19,254 bases of DNA from Tubiluchus corallicola (lineage: Eukaryota > Animalia > Priapulida): NCBI GenBank assembly GCA_030141605.1, contig JAQGDQ010002488.1:1-19254 (forward strand), written 5' to 3'. How positions within the stretch are numbered: position 1 is the first letter of the stretch; every line of letters begins with the position of its first letter. Both the position numbers and the translations under genes were made by a program. Positions 1 through 9,167 of the stretch are shown here, piece after piece. Under the pieces are notes generated by a model. It was not told the origin of the DNA and searched no databases. It saw only the letters and a list, made by a program, of their open reading frames with translations.

Positions 1-63
1 GCACCTTACTAATATCAAGATAAAAAGAAAAAGTTTAAAGAAGAGACCTCGTTTCTTGGGCAT

Positions 64-825
64 TTGGAGGTTTTGCGTTGGCATTTGATTCGTTCTGTTT
101 TGGCTGTTTTAGCGGGTGGAGTGTGTATTTTTATTTTTTATCGGTTTATTTTTGACTATATTATTTTAGCTCCGAAAAAGCCTTCTTTTATTACAAATAG
201 GTTGTTTTGTATGGCTGGTGAGTTTTTAGATTCTTCAGCTCTGTGCATCAATTCTAATCCTTTTAAGGTGATAAATATTAATATGGCAGGACAGTTTTCT
301 ACCCATATTATGGTGTCTATTGTAGGAGGAGTAATTGTTTCGTTTCCGTATATTTTCTGGGAATTTTGGCGTTTTTTGAAGCCTGCTTTGTATGAGGGAG
401 AACGTAGACATACGAGGGGTGCTGTGTTTTTTACTTCTCTTTTGTTCTTGATGGGAGTATCTTTTGGCTATTTTCTTATTGTTCCTTTGTCAGTTCACTT
501 TTTGGGTGGCTATCAAGTGAGTGAGAGTGTGAATAATACGATTAGCTTAACTTCTTATATCTCAACAGTCACTACTATTGTGTTGGCTTCCGGTATATTG
601 TTTGAGTTGCCTATTGTGATTTACTTTTTGAGTAGAACTGGTTTAGTTACTCCTGTATTTTTGAAGAGGTATAGAAAGCATAGTATTATTGTTATTTTAC
701 TATTATCGGCTATTATTACGCCTCCTGATGTTTTTAGTCAGGTGCTGGTGTGTATTCCTTTAATAGTTCTTTATGAAGTAAGTATTGGTATTTCTAGGCG
801 GGTTAATAAAAGCAGAGAACAATAG
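64..825 (+). CDS. tatC: Twin-arginine translocase subunit TatC (5' end uncertain; homology extends upstream of the TTG at 64)
   Basis: Motifs (SFLGH)LEVLRWHL, EFWRFLKPALYEGE, FELP and SAIITPPD; about 6 hydrophobic segments. The frame is open back to TAA at 10-12. Confidence 0.95.
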   Translation: MEVLRWHLIRSVLAVLAGGVCIFIFYRFIFDYIILAPKKPSFITNRLFCMAGEFLDSSALCINSNPFKVININMAGQFSTHIMVSIVGGVIVSFPYIFWEFWRFLKPALYEGERRHTRGAVFFTSLLFLMGVSFGYFLIVPLSVHFLGGYQVSESVNNTISLTSYISTVTTIVLASGILFELPIVIYFLSRTGLVTPVFLKRYRKHSIIVILLLSAIITPPDVFSQVLVCIPLIVLYEVSIGISRRVNKSREQ

Positions 826-908
826 TTCGAATAGTGTTTAAAGCCCATGCTAAAAAGTTTCAGGGATAATAGATAGGCGCGGCGACATAATTATGACACA
901 AAAATTAA

Positions 909-2375
909 ATGAGTAATTTTTTTAAAAAACTTGTTGGTGAAACGGCTGTGTACGGGCTGAGTAGTATTGTGGGGCGATTCTTGAATTGGCTACTTGTGCC
1001 TCTTTATACACGTATATTTTTGCCAGAGGAGTATGGTGTGGTGAGCAACTTGTTGGCGTATGTAGCTTTTTTGATGGTGTTCTTAATGTATGGGATGGAG
1101 ACGGGTTTTTTTAGGTTTTCATCTAAAAAGGATGATGATAAGGTATATAGTACAGTATTGATTTCTTTGTTTTTCACTTCGTCTTTATTCATATTGATTA
1201 CAGTTTTCTTTGCCAATAGTATTCAAGGGTTATTTTCTTATGATTTTCCTGCAAAGTATATTTGGTGGTTGGGAGTTACGGTGAGTGTAGATGCATTTTT
1301 AAGTATTCCGTTTGCAAGGTTGCGCCAACAGAACAAATCTTGGAAGTTTGTGGGTTTTAAATTGATTAATATTGGTGTAAATATTGGGTTGAATTTATTT
1401 TTCTTGGTGTTATGTAAGTGGTTGTACGAAATTAATCCAAATGGATGGGTAAGCTATATTTACAAACCAAGTGTGGGTGTTGGGTATATTTTTATTTCTT
1501 ATTTAGTTGCTAGTTTGCTTACTTTGTTGTTATTCACTCGCGAATTGCTCACTATAAAATGGTACTTTAATTTTATCTTGCTAAGAAGAATCGTAGCATA
1601 TTCTCTACCTATCTTATTGGTAGGTTTGGCCAATATGGTCAATTTAAATATTGATAAAATTTTATTGGTAAAACTCATCCCGGAAAAGCTAAATCCTGTT
1701 TATCAGTTGGGTGTTTATAGTGCTAACTTTAAAATAGGTGTGTTGATGACTTTGTTTGTGCAGGCATTTCGCTTTTCTTTTGAGCCTTTTTTCTTTTCAT
1801 TGGGCAAGAGTAAAGATTCCATAAAGGTGTATGCTGATGTGCTAAAATATTTCGTAATATTTGTATTATTGGTATTTTTGGGGGTCTGTTTTAATCTTGG
1901 TATTATAAAATACTTTATTGATGAGAACTACCATTCGGGGTTGAAAATAGTTCCTGTTGTGCTGCTGGGGGATATGTTTTTTGGGATATTTTCTATATTG
2001 TCTCTATGGTACAAATTGTCTAATAGAACAATATTTGGGGCTTATTTGGCTGTAGGAGGAGCGTTTATTACTATAATGTTGAACTTTGTTTTAGTACCTT
2101 ACATAGGTTATATAGGTGCTGCTTGGGCATCGTTGAGTTGTTTTGTAAGTATGACAATAGCTTCCTACATATTGGGACAAAGGTTTTTCCCTGTGCCGTA
2201 TAACCTAAGTAGAATATTGTTTTATTTTGGAGTGGCTTTGGGGTTGTTTGGATTTTATCATTTTTATGTGGGGAGTAATTTTGTGGTAGGTAATTTGTTG
2301 TTACTGGGCTTTGTGAGTGTAGTGCTAGCAAGGGAGAGAGGAGTGAAAGAACTGAAGAGCTTTATTTTAAGATAG
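909..2375 (+). CDS. MOP-superfamily (Wzx/polysaccharide biosynthesis-like) flippase
   Basis: 488 aa with about 12-14 TM segments; N-terminal YGLSSIVGRFLNWLLVPLYTR...EYG, YGMETGFFRF, LGVYSANFKIG, and C-terminal LVPYIGYIGAAWA, typical of this family in Bacteroidota. Confidence 0.85.
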   Translation: MSNFFKKLVGETAVYGLSSIVGRFLNWLLVPLYTRIFLPEEYGVVSNLLAYVAFLMVFLMYGMETGFFRFSSKKDDDKVYSTVLISLFFTSSLFILITVFFANSIQGLFSYDFPAKYIWWLGVTVSVDAFLSIPFARLRQQNKSWKFVGFKLINIGVNIGLNLFFLVLCKWLYEINPNGWVSYIYKPSVGVGYIFISYLVASLLTLLLFTRELLTIKWYFNFILLRRIVAYSLPILLVGLANMVNLNIDKILLVKLIPEKLNPVYQLGVYSANFKIGVLMTLFVQAFRFSFEPFFFSLGKSKDSIKVYADVLKYFVIFVLLVFLGVCFNLGIIKYFIDENYHSGLKIVPVVLLGDMFFGIFSILSLWYKLSNRTIFGAYLAVGGAFITIMLNFVLVPYIGYIGAAWASLSCFVSMTIASYILGQRFFPVPYNLSRILFYFGVALGLFGFYHFYVGSNFVVGNLLLLGFVSVVLARERGVKELKSFILR

Positions 2376-2455
2376 CCAGTTTTTTTCCTCAATATGAATG
2401 ATGATATTTTTAGTGGTTTCTTTAAAAAGAATACGTATACAATAAATTTTTTATA

Positions 2456-2463
2456 TAAATTTG
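2456..2463 (+). promoter_or_regulatory. Putative Bacteroidota primary-sigma -7 element (TAAATTTG) upstream of the SLC13 gene
   Basis: Matches TAnnTTTG in the intergenic region, 57 nt before ATG 2521; no clear -33 TTTG. Confidence 0.4.
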
Positions 2464-2520
2464 AAGATTTTGCGAATGTATAAATGCAAATAAAAAGTAA
2501 AAAGAATAATCTATTACTCA

Positions 2521-4293
2521 ATGGATAATATTTCTGATATTTTTTTGGTGTCTTTGGTGTTGCTTTTTGTACTGATTAGTTTGTACAGGGAATGGATGGG
2601 GACAGCCTTTACTTTTTTTATAGCATCTGTTGTGTTGGGAATATTTGGTGTATTATCGCCGACAGAGATATTATCAGGGTTTGCTAATGAGCAAATAGCA
2701 GTAATATTAATGTTGCTTTTGTTAGGTGATATAGTGAAAGACACTTCATTATTGGATGGGCTTTTAGAACGGGTGTTTCAAAATAATAGAAATTATAAGG
2801 GCTTTACTACTCGTATGACTTTACTTGTAGGGAGTCTTTCTGCTATTCTCAACAATACACCGCTTGTTGCTGTAATGATGCCTTATGTGCATAAATGGAG
2901 TAAAACTAATCGTATAAATGCTTCAAAGCTACTCATTCCTCTTTCTTATGCGTCAATACTTGGGGGGAGTATTACTTTGATAGGAACGTCTACCAATTTG
3001 ATTGTTAATGGTATGGTGATAGAAAAAGGCTTAGAGTCATTAGACTTTTTCGATTTTACTGTGGTAGGGCTACCAATGTTAATTATTGGAATACTATATT
3101 TAGTGTTCTTTGGACATAGAATGTTGCCTGATAAAAAAGATGCTATAGAAGATTTTTCAAACAATACACGTGAATATATTGTAGAAACTACGGTTAAGAA
3201 AAGAGCAAAACTAATAGGAAAAACTATAGCAGCAGCAGGTTTGAGGGATTTAAAAGGGTTATATTTATTTGAAATAGTGAGAAAGAATCAAGTTTACTCT
3301 CCTATAAGTAGAGATTTTATTTTAGAGGCGGGTGATATACTCTCTTTTACGGGTGAGACTAAAACAATTGCAAATATTCTTAAATCTAAATCAGAGTTAA
3401 GTATCCCAAGTGTAGGGATGTTTACAAGATTAAACAAGACGGAGGTGGTAGAGGTTGTTATTTCCTATAACTCGACGCTAATAACAAAGACAATAAAAGA
3501 AATAAATTTTAGAGCTAAATATAACGCGGCTGTAATAGCTATACATCGTAATGGCGAGAGAGTTGAAGGGCAGCTTGGAACAATAAAATTGAAGGCAGGA
3601 GATGTGTTGTTATTGTTAACAGGAGAGTATTTTAATGAAAATTTTGGAATAAATACTGATTTTTATTTGATATCAAAAATAGCTGGCTTACGCACTTTGC
3701 CGTTTTATAAGAGATGGGTGCTATTTGGTGGTTCTTTGTTAGCAATACTGCTTGCAGCACTTAATGTTTTTCCTTTGTTTATGACACTTTTAGTGCTATT
3801 AATAGTTCTAAATGCAATAAAAATAACTTCTCCGAAAGAGATACCTCGGAAGCTAGATTTTAATTTAGCAGTGATTATAGCTCTTTCTCTGGCATTGGGA
3901 ACTGCAATGATTAAAACAGGTTTTGCTAATCTTATAGCTGATTCTATCATTTTTGTTTTGGAGCCTTTTGGGGTTACTACCATATTGTTTGGGATATTTG
4001 CTATTACTTCTGTACTTGGAGCTTATATTACAAGTAAAGCTGCTGTGGCAATAGTTTTTCCTATTGCACTGGCTATTTCTTCTAATTTGGGATTTGAAAA
4101 TAATAAGGCATTTATTTTGACAGTGGCTTTTGCAGCTGTGGCAAATTTCATTACTCCTATTGGTTATCAAACTAACCTGATGGTTTATGGACCGGGTGGG
4201 TATTCATTTAAACATTATTTCAAAATAGGACTGCCCCTTACTATTATATATATGATAGTAACGGTGGTAATTTTGAGCTTTATGTATTTATAA
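2521..4293 (+). CDS. SLC13-family (di/tricarboxylate or sulfate) permease with two TrkA-C (RCK_C) domains
   Basis: SAILNNTPLVA, GGSITLIGTSTNLIV and FITPIGYQTNLMVYGPGGYSF motifs; a central soluble region with two TrkA-C-like repeats ending in LEAGDIL and LKAGDVLLL. Confidence 0.92.
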   Translation: MDNISDIFLVSLVLLFVLISLYREWMGTAFTFFIASVVLGIFGVLSPTEILSGFANEQIAVILMLLLLGDIVKDTSLLDGLLERVFQNNRNYKGFTTRMTLLVGSLSAILNNTPLVAVMMPYVHKWSKTNRINASKLLIPLSYASILGGSITLIGTSTNLIVNGMVIEKGLESLDFFDFTVVGLPMLIIGILYLVFFGHRMLPDKKDAIEDFSNNTREYIVETTVKKRAKLIGKTIAAAGLRDLKGLYLFEIVRKNQVYSPISRDFILEAGDILSFTGETKTIANILKSKSELSIPSVGMFTRLNKTEVVEVVISYNSTLITKTIKEINFRAKYNAAVIAIHRNGERVEGQLGTIKLKAGDVLLLLTGEYFNENFGINTDFYLISKIAGLRTLPFYKRWVLFGGSLLAILLAALNVFPLFMTLLVLLIVLNAIKITSPKEIPRKLDFNLAVIIALSLALGTAMIKTGFANLIADSIIFVLEPFGVTTILFGIFAITSVLGAYITSKAAVAIVFPIALAISSNLGFENNKAFILTVAFAAVANFITPIGYQTNLMVYGPGGYSFKHYFKIGLPLTIIYMIVTVVILSFMYL

Positions 4294-4304
4294 TAATAAA
4301 ACAA

Positions 4305-5216
4305 ATGGCAAGTGAGAAGCTTAAGCATTTCCTGAGGAAAATAGCAAAAAGATATAAGCTGATTGTTTATGATGAGCAACGACTAAAAAAGTTATTTCAT
4401 ATTCATGCTTCTATTTTATGGACTGGTATTTATATGTTTATACTATTTATTTTATTTATATCTTTAATTTATTATTCCATTAATACTATGTTTGTTAAGA
4501 AACTTGTTTATGGAACACAAGTAGAGGATAATGAGATGGTTATTGCAGAGTCTATGCTAACTATAGATTCTTTGCTTTATGAAATAAAGTTGAAGGATAA
4601 GTTTATTTATAATATAAGAAACATTATACGAGGCGAGGAACCATTGACAATGGAGGAGTTTTTGGAGATTGACACATTACAAGAAACCGCAATGCCAACA
4701 AATGAATATGAAGGAGAAAGTGCTGAGCTATCCAAAGTTCCTAAACCAGAGACAGATAGTGTATTTATTAAACAATTTGAACAAAACAAAATATATGATT
4801 TGCAAATAAATAATCGTATGGAACAGCAAATGTCTTTTGACTATGATATTCTTCTGTACCCTCCTGTAAAAGGGACTTTAACAAGCAAATATGATGAAAC
4901 AAAAAAGCATTTGGGTGTAGACGTGGTTACAACTCCTAATGCTAAGGTTTTTGCTATTCTAGATGGGACGATTATATTATCTACTTGGACATTGGAAGAG
5001 GGATATGTCATACAAATACAACATAACAATAATTTGATATCAACTTATAAACATAATGCAATTTTGCTAAAAGAGGTAGGAGATAAAGTTAGAATAGGTG
5101 AACCCGTTGCAATGGTAGGAAATTCTGGAGAATTGTCCTCTGGTCCACATTTACATTTCGAAATTTGGTACAATGGTACAACTTTAAACCCTGAAGAATA
5201 TATTAAATTTGATTGA
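4305..5216 (+). CDS. M23-family zinc metallopeptidase (peptidoglycan endopeptidase-like), N-terminally membrane anchored
   Basis: HLGVD (HxxxD) and GPHLHFE (HxH) zinc-ligand motifs intact; one N-terminal TM segment; lies directly upstream of dxr. Confidence 0.92.
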   Translation: MASEKLKHFLRKIAKRYKLIVYDEQRLKKLFHIHASILWTGIYMFILFILFISLIYYSINTMFVKKLVYGTQVEDNEMVIAESMLTIDSLLYEIKLKDKFIYNIRNIIRGEEPLTMEEFLEIDTLQETAMPTNEYEGESAELSKVPKPETDSVFIKQFEQNKIYDLQINNRMEQQMSFDYDILLYPPVKGTLTSKYDETKKHLGVDVVTTPNAKVFAILDGTIILSTWTLEEGYVIQIQHNNNLISTYKHNAILLKEVGDKVRIGEPVAMVGNSGELSSGPHLHFEIWYNGTTLNPEEYIKFD

Positions 5217-5219
5217 TAA

Positions 5220-6380
5220 ATGGTGAAAAGAATTGCTCTATTGGGTTCTACGGGGTCAATTGGTATACAAGCACTTGAAATAATAAAAGACAACTCACAA
5301 CGATTTCAAGTGGAGGTGCTTACAGCTAATAACAATGCTGATTTATTGATACAGCAAGCAAAAAAGTTTAACCCTAATATTGTAGTAGTAGCTAATAAAG
5401 AAAAGTACAAACAGGTATCAGAAGCATTGTCTAATTATCCTTTGAAGGTGTATGCAGGCAGGGAAGCCATAGAACAGGTGGTTGAGGCGACTTCTATAGA
5501 TATTGTCGTTAATGCTTTGGTGGGGTTTGTAGGCTTGTTGCCTACCCTGAAAGCCTTGGAGGCAAAGAAGCCGGTAGCTATTGCTAATAAAGAAACACTA
5601 GTAGTAGCAGGAGATATAGTAACTAGAACTGCAAAGGAAAACAACATTCCAATATTCCCAATAGATTCTGAACACTCTGCTATATATCAATGTCTTGCAG
5701 GGGAGACGCAAAATAAAATAGAAAGGATATACCTTACTTGTTCTGGAGGACCTTTCTATAATAAGTCAATAGAAGAATTGCAAAAAGTAACTGTAAATCA
5801 GGCATTAGACCATCCTATTTGGAATATGGGAAGAAAAATTACCATAGATTCTGCCACTTTAATGAATAAGGGGCTTGAGATTATAGAAGCGAAGTGGTTG
5901 TTTGACCTCAAAGCAGAGCATATAAAGGTGATTATACATCCACAGTCTATTGTGCATTCACTTGTGCAGTTTGAAGATGGTGCTATGAAGGCACAGTTAG
6001 GTTTACCAAGTATGAAGGTGCCTATTAGTTATGCCCTTAACTACCCTCAACGGTTGTGTAATACAGAAAAAAGGTTTAACTTTGCAGATTATGAGCAATT
6101 AAGTTTTATAGAGCCTGATTTAAAAAAGTTTCGTAGTTTATACTTAGCATATCAAGTACTAGAAAAGGGAGGCAATGCTTCTTGTGTATTGAATGCAGCT
6201 AATGAAGTAGCCGTGGAATTATTTTTGCAGGGAAAATTAGAGTTTTTGGATATTTCTAATGTTGTAGAGCAAACAATAGAAAAGGTTGCATTTATAAATA
6301 ATCCAACCATTGAAAACTATATAGAAACGGATAAGGAAGCACGACAAGTAGCTGCTTCTATTAAATCGTGTAGCCTATGA
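5220..6380 (+). CDS. dxr: 1-deoxy-D-xylulose-5-phosphate reductoisomerase (MEP pathway)
   Basis: GSTGSIG, ANKETLV, DSEHSAI, SGGPF, HPIWNMGRKITIDSATLMNKGLE and NAANE motifs. Confidence 0.98.
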   Translation: MVKRIALLGSTGSIGIQALEIIKDNSQRFQVEVLTANNNADLLIQQAKKFNPNIVVVANKEKYKQVSEALSNYPLKVYAGREAIEQVVEATSIDIVVNALVGFVGLLPTLKALEAKKPVAIANKETLVVAGDIVTRTAKENNIPIFPIDSEHSAIYQCLAGETQNKIERIYLTCSGGPFYNKSIEELQKVTVNQALDHPIWNMGRKITIDSATLMNKGLEIIEAKWLFDLKAEHIKVIIHPQSIVHSLVQFEDGAMKAQLGLPSMKVPISYALNYPQRLCNTEKRFNFADYEQLSFIEPDLKKFRSLYLAYQVLEKGGNASCVLNAANEVAVELFLQGKLEFLDISNVVEQTIEKVAFINNPTIENYIETDKEARQVAASIKSCSL

Positions 6381-6502
6381 TGTAAAGTCATAGAAAAGAG
6401 AAATTGTAAATTTTTGAGGTAAATTGTTAGAACGGTTTACATTTTTCGAAATTAGAGGTAATAAGAGTAATTTTAAATAATTGGTTTATTGTAAGTAGTA
6501 TA

Positions 6503-7807
6503 ATGGATATTTTAATAAAAATAGCACAGCTTGTTTTAAGTCTCTCTATATTGGTAGTTTTTCACGAATTTGGACATTTCTTTTTTGCTCGTTTGTTTGG
6601 TACAAGGGTGGAGAAGTTTTACTTGTTTTTTAATCCTTGGTTTTCTTTGTTTAAGACAAAGCGAAAAGGCACAGAGTATGGTGTGGGATGGCTCCCACTT
6701 GGGGGATATGTGAAAATATCAGGAATGATAGATGAATCAATGGACAAAGAGCAGATGAAACAACCTCCTAAGCCCTACGAGTTTCGCTCTAAGAAAGCGT
6801 GGCAACGTTTACTGATTATGTTGGGTGGGGTGATGGTTAATTTTTTGCTGGCTCTTATTATATACATAGGTGTACTTTATACTTGGGGCGACCCTTATTT
6901 GCCTAATGAGAATGTGAAGTATGGCATTTATTGCGATTCTACGGCTCTTTCTATTGGTTTGCAAACAGGCGATAAGATAGTTGCTCTTGACAATGAAAGT
7001 GTTTCTGATTTTGAGAAAATTATTCCCAATATTTTGCTGAACGATCCGTCTGTGATAAAAGTGGAACGTAATGGTGAGATAAAAGATATAGCAATACCAG
7101 AAGGGTTTAATCAGCTACTTCTTAAAAATAAAGTTAGTTTTATCTATCCTAATATTCCATTTTTTATTAAGGATTTTGCAGTGAATTCACCAGCAGAAAA
7201 AGCCGGTTTAGAAAAGGGAGACCGGATAATAAAGATAAATGAAGATACTGTTATTTCTTTTTACGATACAAAGCCTATTTTAGAAAAGTTGGCAGGGCAA
7301 GAGATAGCAGTAGTAGTAAATAGGCAAGGATTAGAAAAAACATTTTACCCTACAATAACATCGGAAGGTATGATAGGTGTACGAGTAGATATGCCTTTGG
7401 AATATGAAACGAGAAAGTATGGATTATTGGCTTCTATTCCTGCAGGTATTTCAAAAGGAGGACAATCGTTGCTTAACTATATTAAACAGTTCAAACTTGT
7501 GTTTACTAAAGAGGGAGCAAAACAGGTAGGCGGTTTTATTGCTATTACGAATATTTTTCCTGCAAACTGGGATTGGCATGCATTTTGGAACTTTACAGCT
7601 TTTTTGTCTATAATGCTTGCTTTTTTGAATGTGCTACCTATACCTGCTTTGGACGGAGGACACGTGATGTTTTTAATGTATGAAGTGATAGCCCGCCGTA
7701 AACCGTCAGACAAATTTATGGAGTATGCACAAGTGGTAGGGATGATATTGTTATTTGGTTTACTTATTTTTGCTAATGGAAACGATATTGTAAAACTATT
7801 TAAATAA
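6503..7807 (+). CDS. rseP: RIP (site-2) metalloprotease RseP with PDZ domains
   Basis: HEFGH (HExxH), PLGGYVKI, NVLPIPALDGGH; two PDZ-like segments (GLQTGDKI, AGLEKGDRI); follows dxr. Confidence 0.96.
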   Translation: MDILIKIAQLVLSLSILVVFHEFGHFFFARLFGTRVEKFYLFFNPWFSLFKTKRKGTEYGVGWLPLGGYVKISGMIDESMDKEQMKQPPKPYEFRSKKAWQRLLIMLGGVMVNFLLALIIYIGVLYTWGDPYLPNENVKYGIYCDSTALSIGLQTGDKIVALDNESVSDFEKIIPNILLNDPSVIKVERNGEIKDIAIPEGFNQLLLKNKVSFIYPNIPFFIKDFAVNSPAEKAGLEKGDRIIKINEDTVISFYDTKPILEKLAGQEIAVVVNRQGLEKTFYPTITSEGMIGVRVDMPLEYETRKYGLLASIPAGISKGGQSLLNYIKQFKLVFTKEGAKQVGGFIAITNIFPANWDWHAFWNFTAFLSIMLAFLNVLPIPALDGGHVMFLMYEVIARRKPSDKFMEYAQVVGMILLFGLLIFANGNDIVKLFK

Positions 7808-7814
7808 TAAATAA

Positions 7815-7997
7815 ATGGATATTCTTATATTATTGGGAATTATAGGTCCTTGGCAGATTGTAATAGTAGTAGTATTGGTGTTACTTCTTTTTGGAGGTAA
7901 GAAAATACCAGAGCTAATGAGAGGACTTGGACAGGGTGCCAAGGAATTTAAGAAGGGAATAGCAGATGATGATGAAAAAAAGAACGAGAAAAAATAA
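7815..7997 (+). CDS. tatA: Twin-arginine translocase TatA/TatE subunit
   Basis: 60 aa; TM helix followed by the hinge and amphipathic helix LLLFGGKKIPELMRGLGQGAKEFKK and a charged tail. Confidence 0.93.
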   Translation: MDILILLGIIGPWQIVIVVVLVLLLFGGKKIPELMRGLGQGAKEFKKGIADDDEKKNEKK

Positions 7998-8000
7998 TCA

Positions 8001-9161
8001 ATGGTAGTGAGAGGTAGTCATATTAAGAAAGTGATATTTCTTATCGTTCTTTTTATGATGGGAATTTCACAATGGCTTTACTTTGTCAATGCACGAGATA
8101 AAAAAGAAGAGCAACCTCCTCAAGCTGTTGTTGCTCAGCGTATAGAAGCATTGAACAAAAGAAGTCCTATTTTGTTTGAATATAATGAAAGTGTTCAAAG
8201 ATTTATAGATGTTTATACTATTCGGAAAAGTGGCCACTTAGCAAGAATATTGGGGAGATCGGAGCAATACTATCCTTTGTTTGAGGAAATATTGGATAAA
8301 TATAACCTTCCAATGGAATTGAAATATTTGGCAGTGATAGAGTCTGCTCTGAATCCGTTGGCGGTGTCTTCTTCTAATGCAGTTGGGTTGTGGCAGTTTT
8401 TGTATCATTCGGGGCGAATGTTTGATTTACAAATGGATTCGTATATAGACGAGCGGAGAGACCCCTACAAATCTACAGAAGCTGCTTGTAAATATTTAAG
8501 GTATTTATATAGCAATTTTGATGACTGGATACTTGCTATTGCTGCCTTTAATGGTGGCCCGGGAATGATAAGAAAGGCAATAGCACGTGCTGGTGGGAAG
8601 ACAGATTTTAAGGATATTGCTCCTTTTTTATCTGCTGAAACAAGGTCTTATATCCCACAATTTGTAGCAGCATCGTATTCAATGACTTATTACAAAGAGT
8701 ACAATATACCAGTAAAGGTAGGACCTACTTTTGATGAGTTAGATACCATTACTGTTAAGAAGCCGACAATGATAAAAACAATCGCCCACTACCTGGAGAT
8801 GGACGTAGATGAGCTAAGAGCGTTAAATCCTATTTTTAAAACAAACCATATCCCCGAATATGTTTTGCCTATTTATATAACTTTGCCTGTTGATAAAATT
8901 ATTGATTTTATCCATAAAGAGGATGAAATATATAGTTTTAAAGAGTCTAAAAAGAATTATTACGAATATATCAAACAAGGGAAGTTAATAGAAGGAAAGG
9001 TTAAGATAACACATATAGTGGAAAAAGGAGAGTTTTTTCATAAGATAGCAATGAAGTACGACACTTTGGTAGAAAACATAATGGAATGGAATGGTTTGTC
9101 TTCTGATTTTCTTTATGTGGGGCAGAAATTGGATATATGGGTAGAAGAAAAAGACTTATAA
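8001..9161 (+). CDS. MltD-like lytic murein transglycosylase (SLT domain plus LysM)
   Basis: LKYLAVIESAL (catalytic Glu), AVGLWQF, DERRDP, AAFNGG, ETRSYIP; C-terminal LysM HIVEKGEFFHKIAMKY...WNGL...LYVGQKL. Confidence 0.92.
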   Translation: MVVRGSHIKKVIFLIVLFMMGISQWLYFVNARDKKEEQPPQAVVAQRIEALNKRSPILFEYNESVQRFIDVYTIRKSGHLARILGRSEQYYPLFEEILDKYNLPMELKYLAVIESALNPLAVSSSNAVGLWQFLYHSGRMFDLQMDSYIDERRDPYKSTEAACKYLRYLYSNFDDWILAIAAFNGGPGMIRKAIARAGGKTDFKDIAPFLSAETRSYIPQFVAASYSMTYYKEYNIPVKVGPTFDELDTITVKKPTMIKTIAHYLEMDVDELRALNPIFKTNHIPEYVLPIYITLPVDKIIDFIHKEDEIYSFKESKKNYYEYIKQGKLIEGKVKITHIVEKGEFFHKIAMKYDTLVENIMEWNGLSSDFLYVGQKLDIWVEEKDL

Positions 9162-9167
9162 ATAGAA

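Noticed and set aside
847-916. Tiny ORFs upstream of the flippase (MLKSFRDNR at 847; MTQKLNE at 893)
   Set aside because: Too short, with no attenuator structure or informative codon bias.
4291-4299. Tandem stop codons (TAATAATAA; similar doubles after M23, rseP and the PpiD-like gene)
   Set aside because: Expected in very AT-rich DNA; no sign of recoding, and TAA, TAG and TGA all act as stops in this window.
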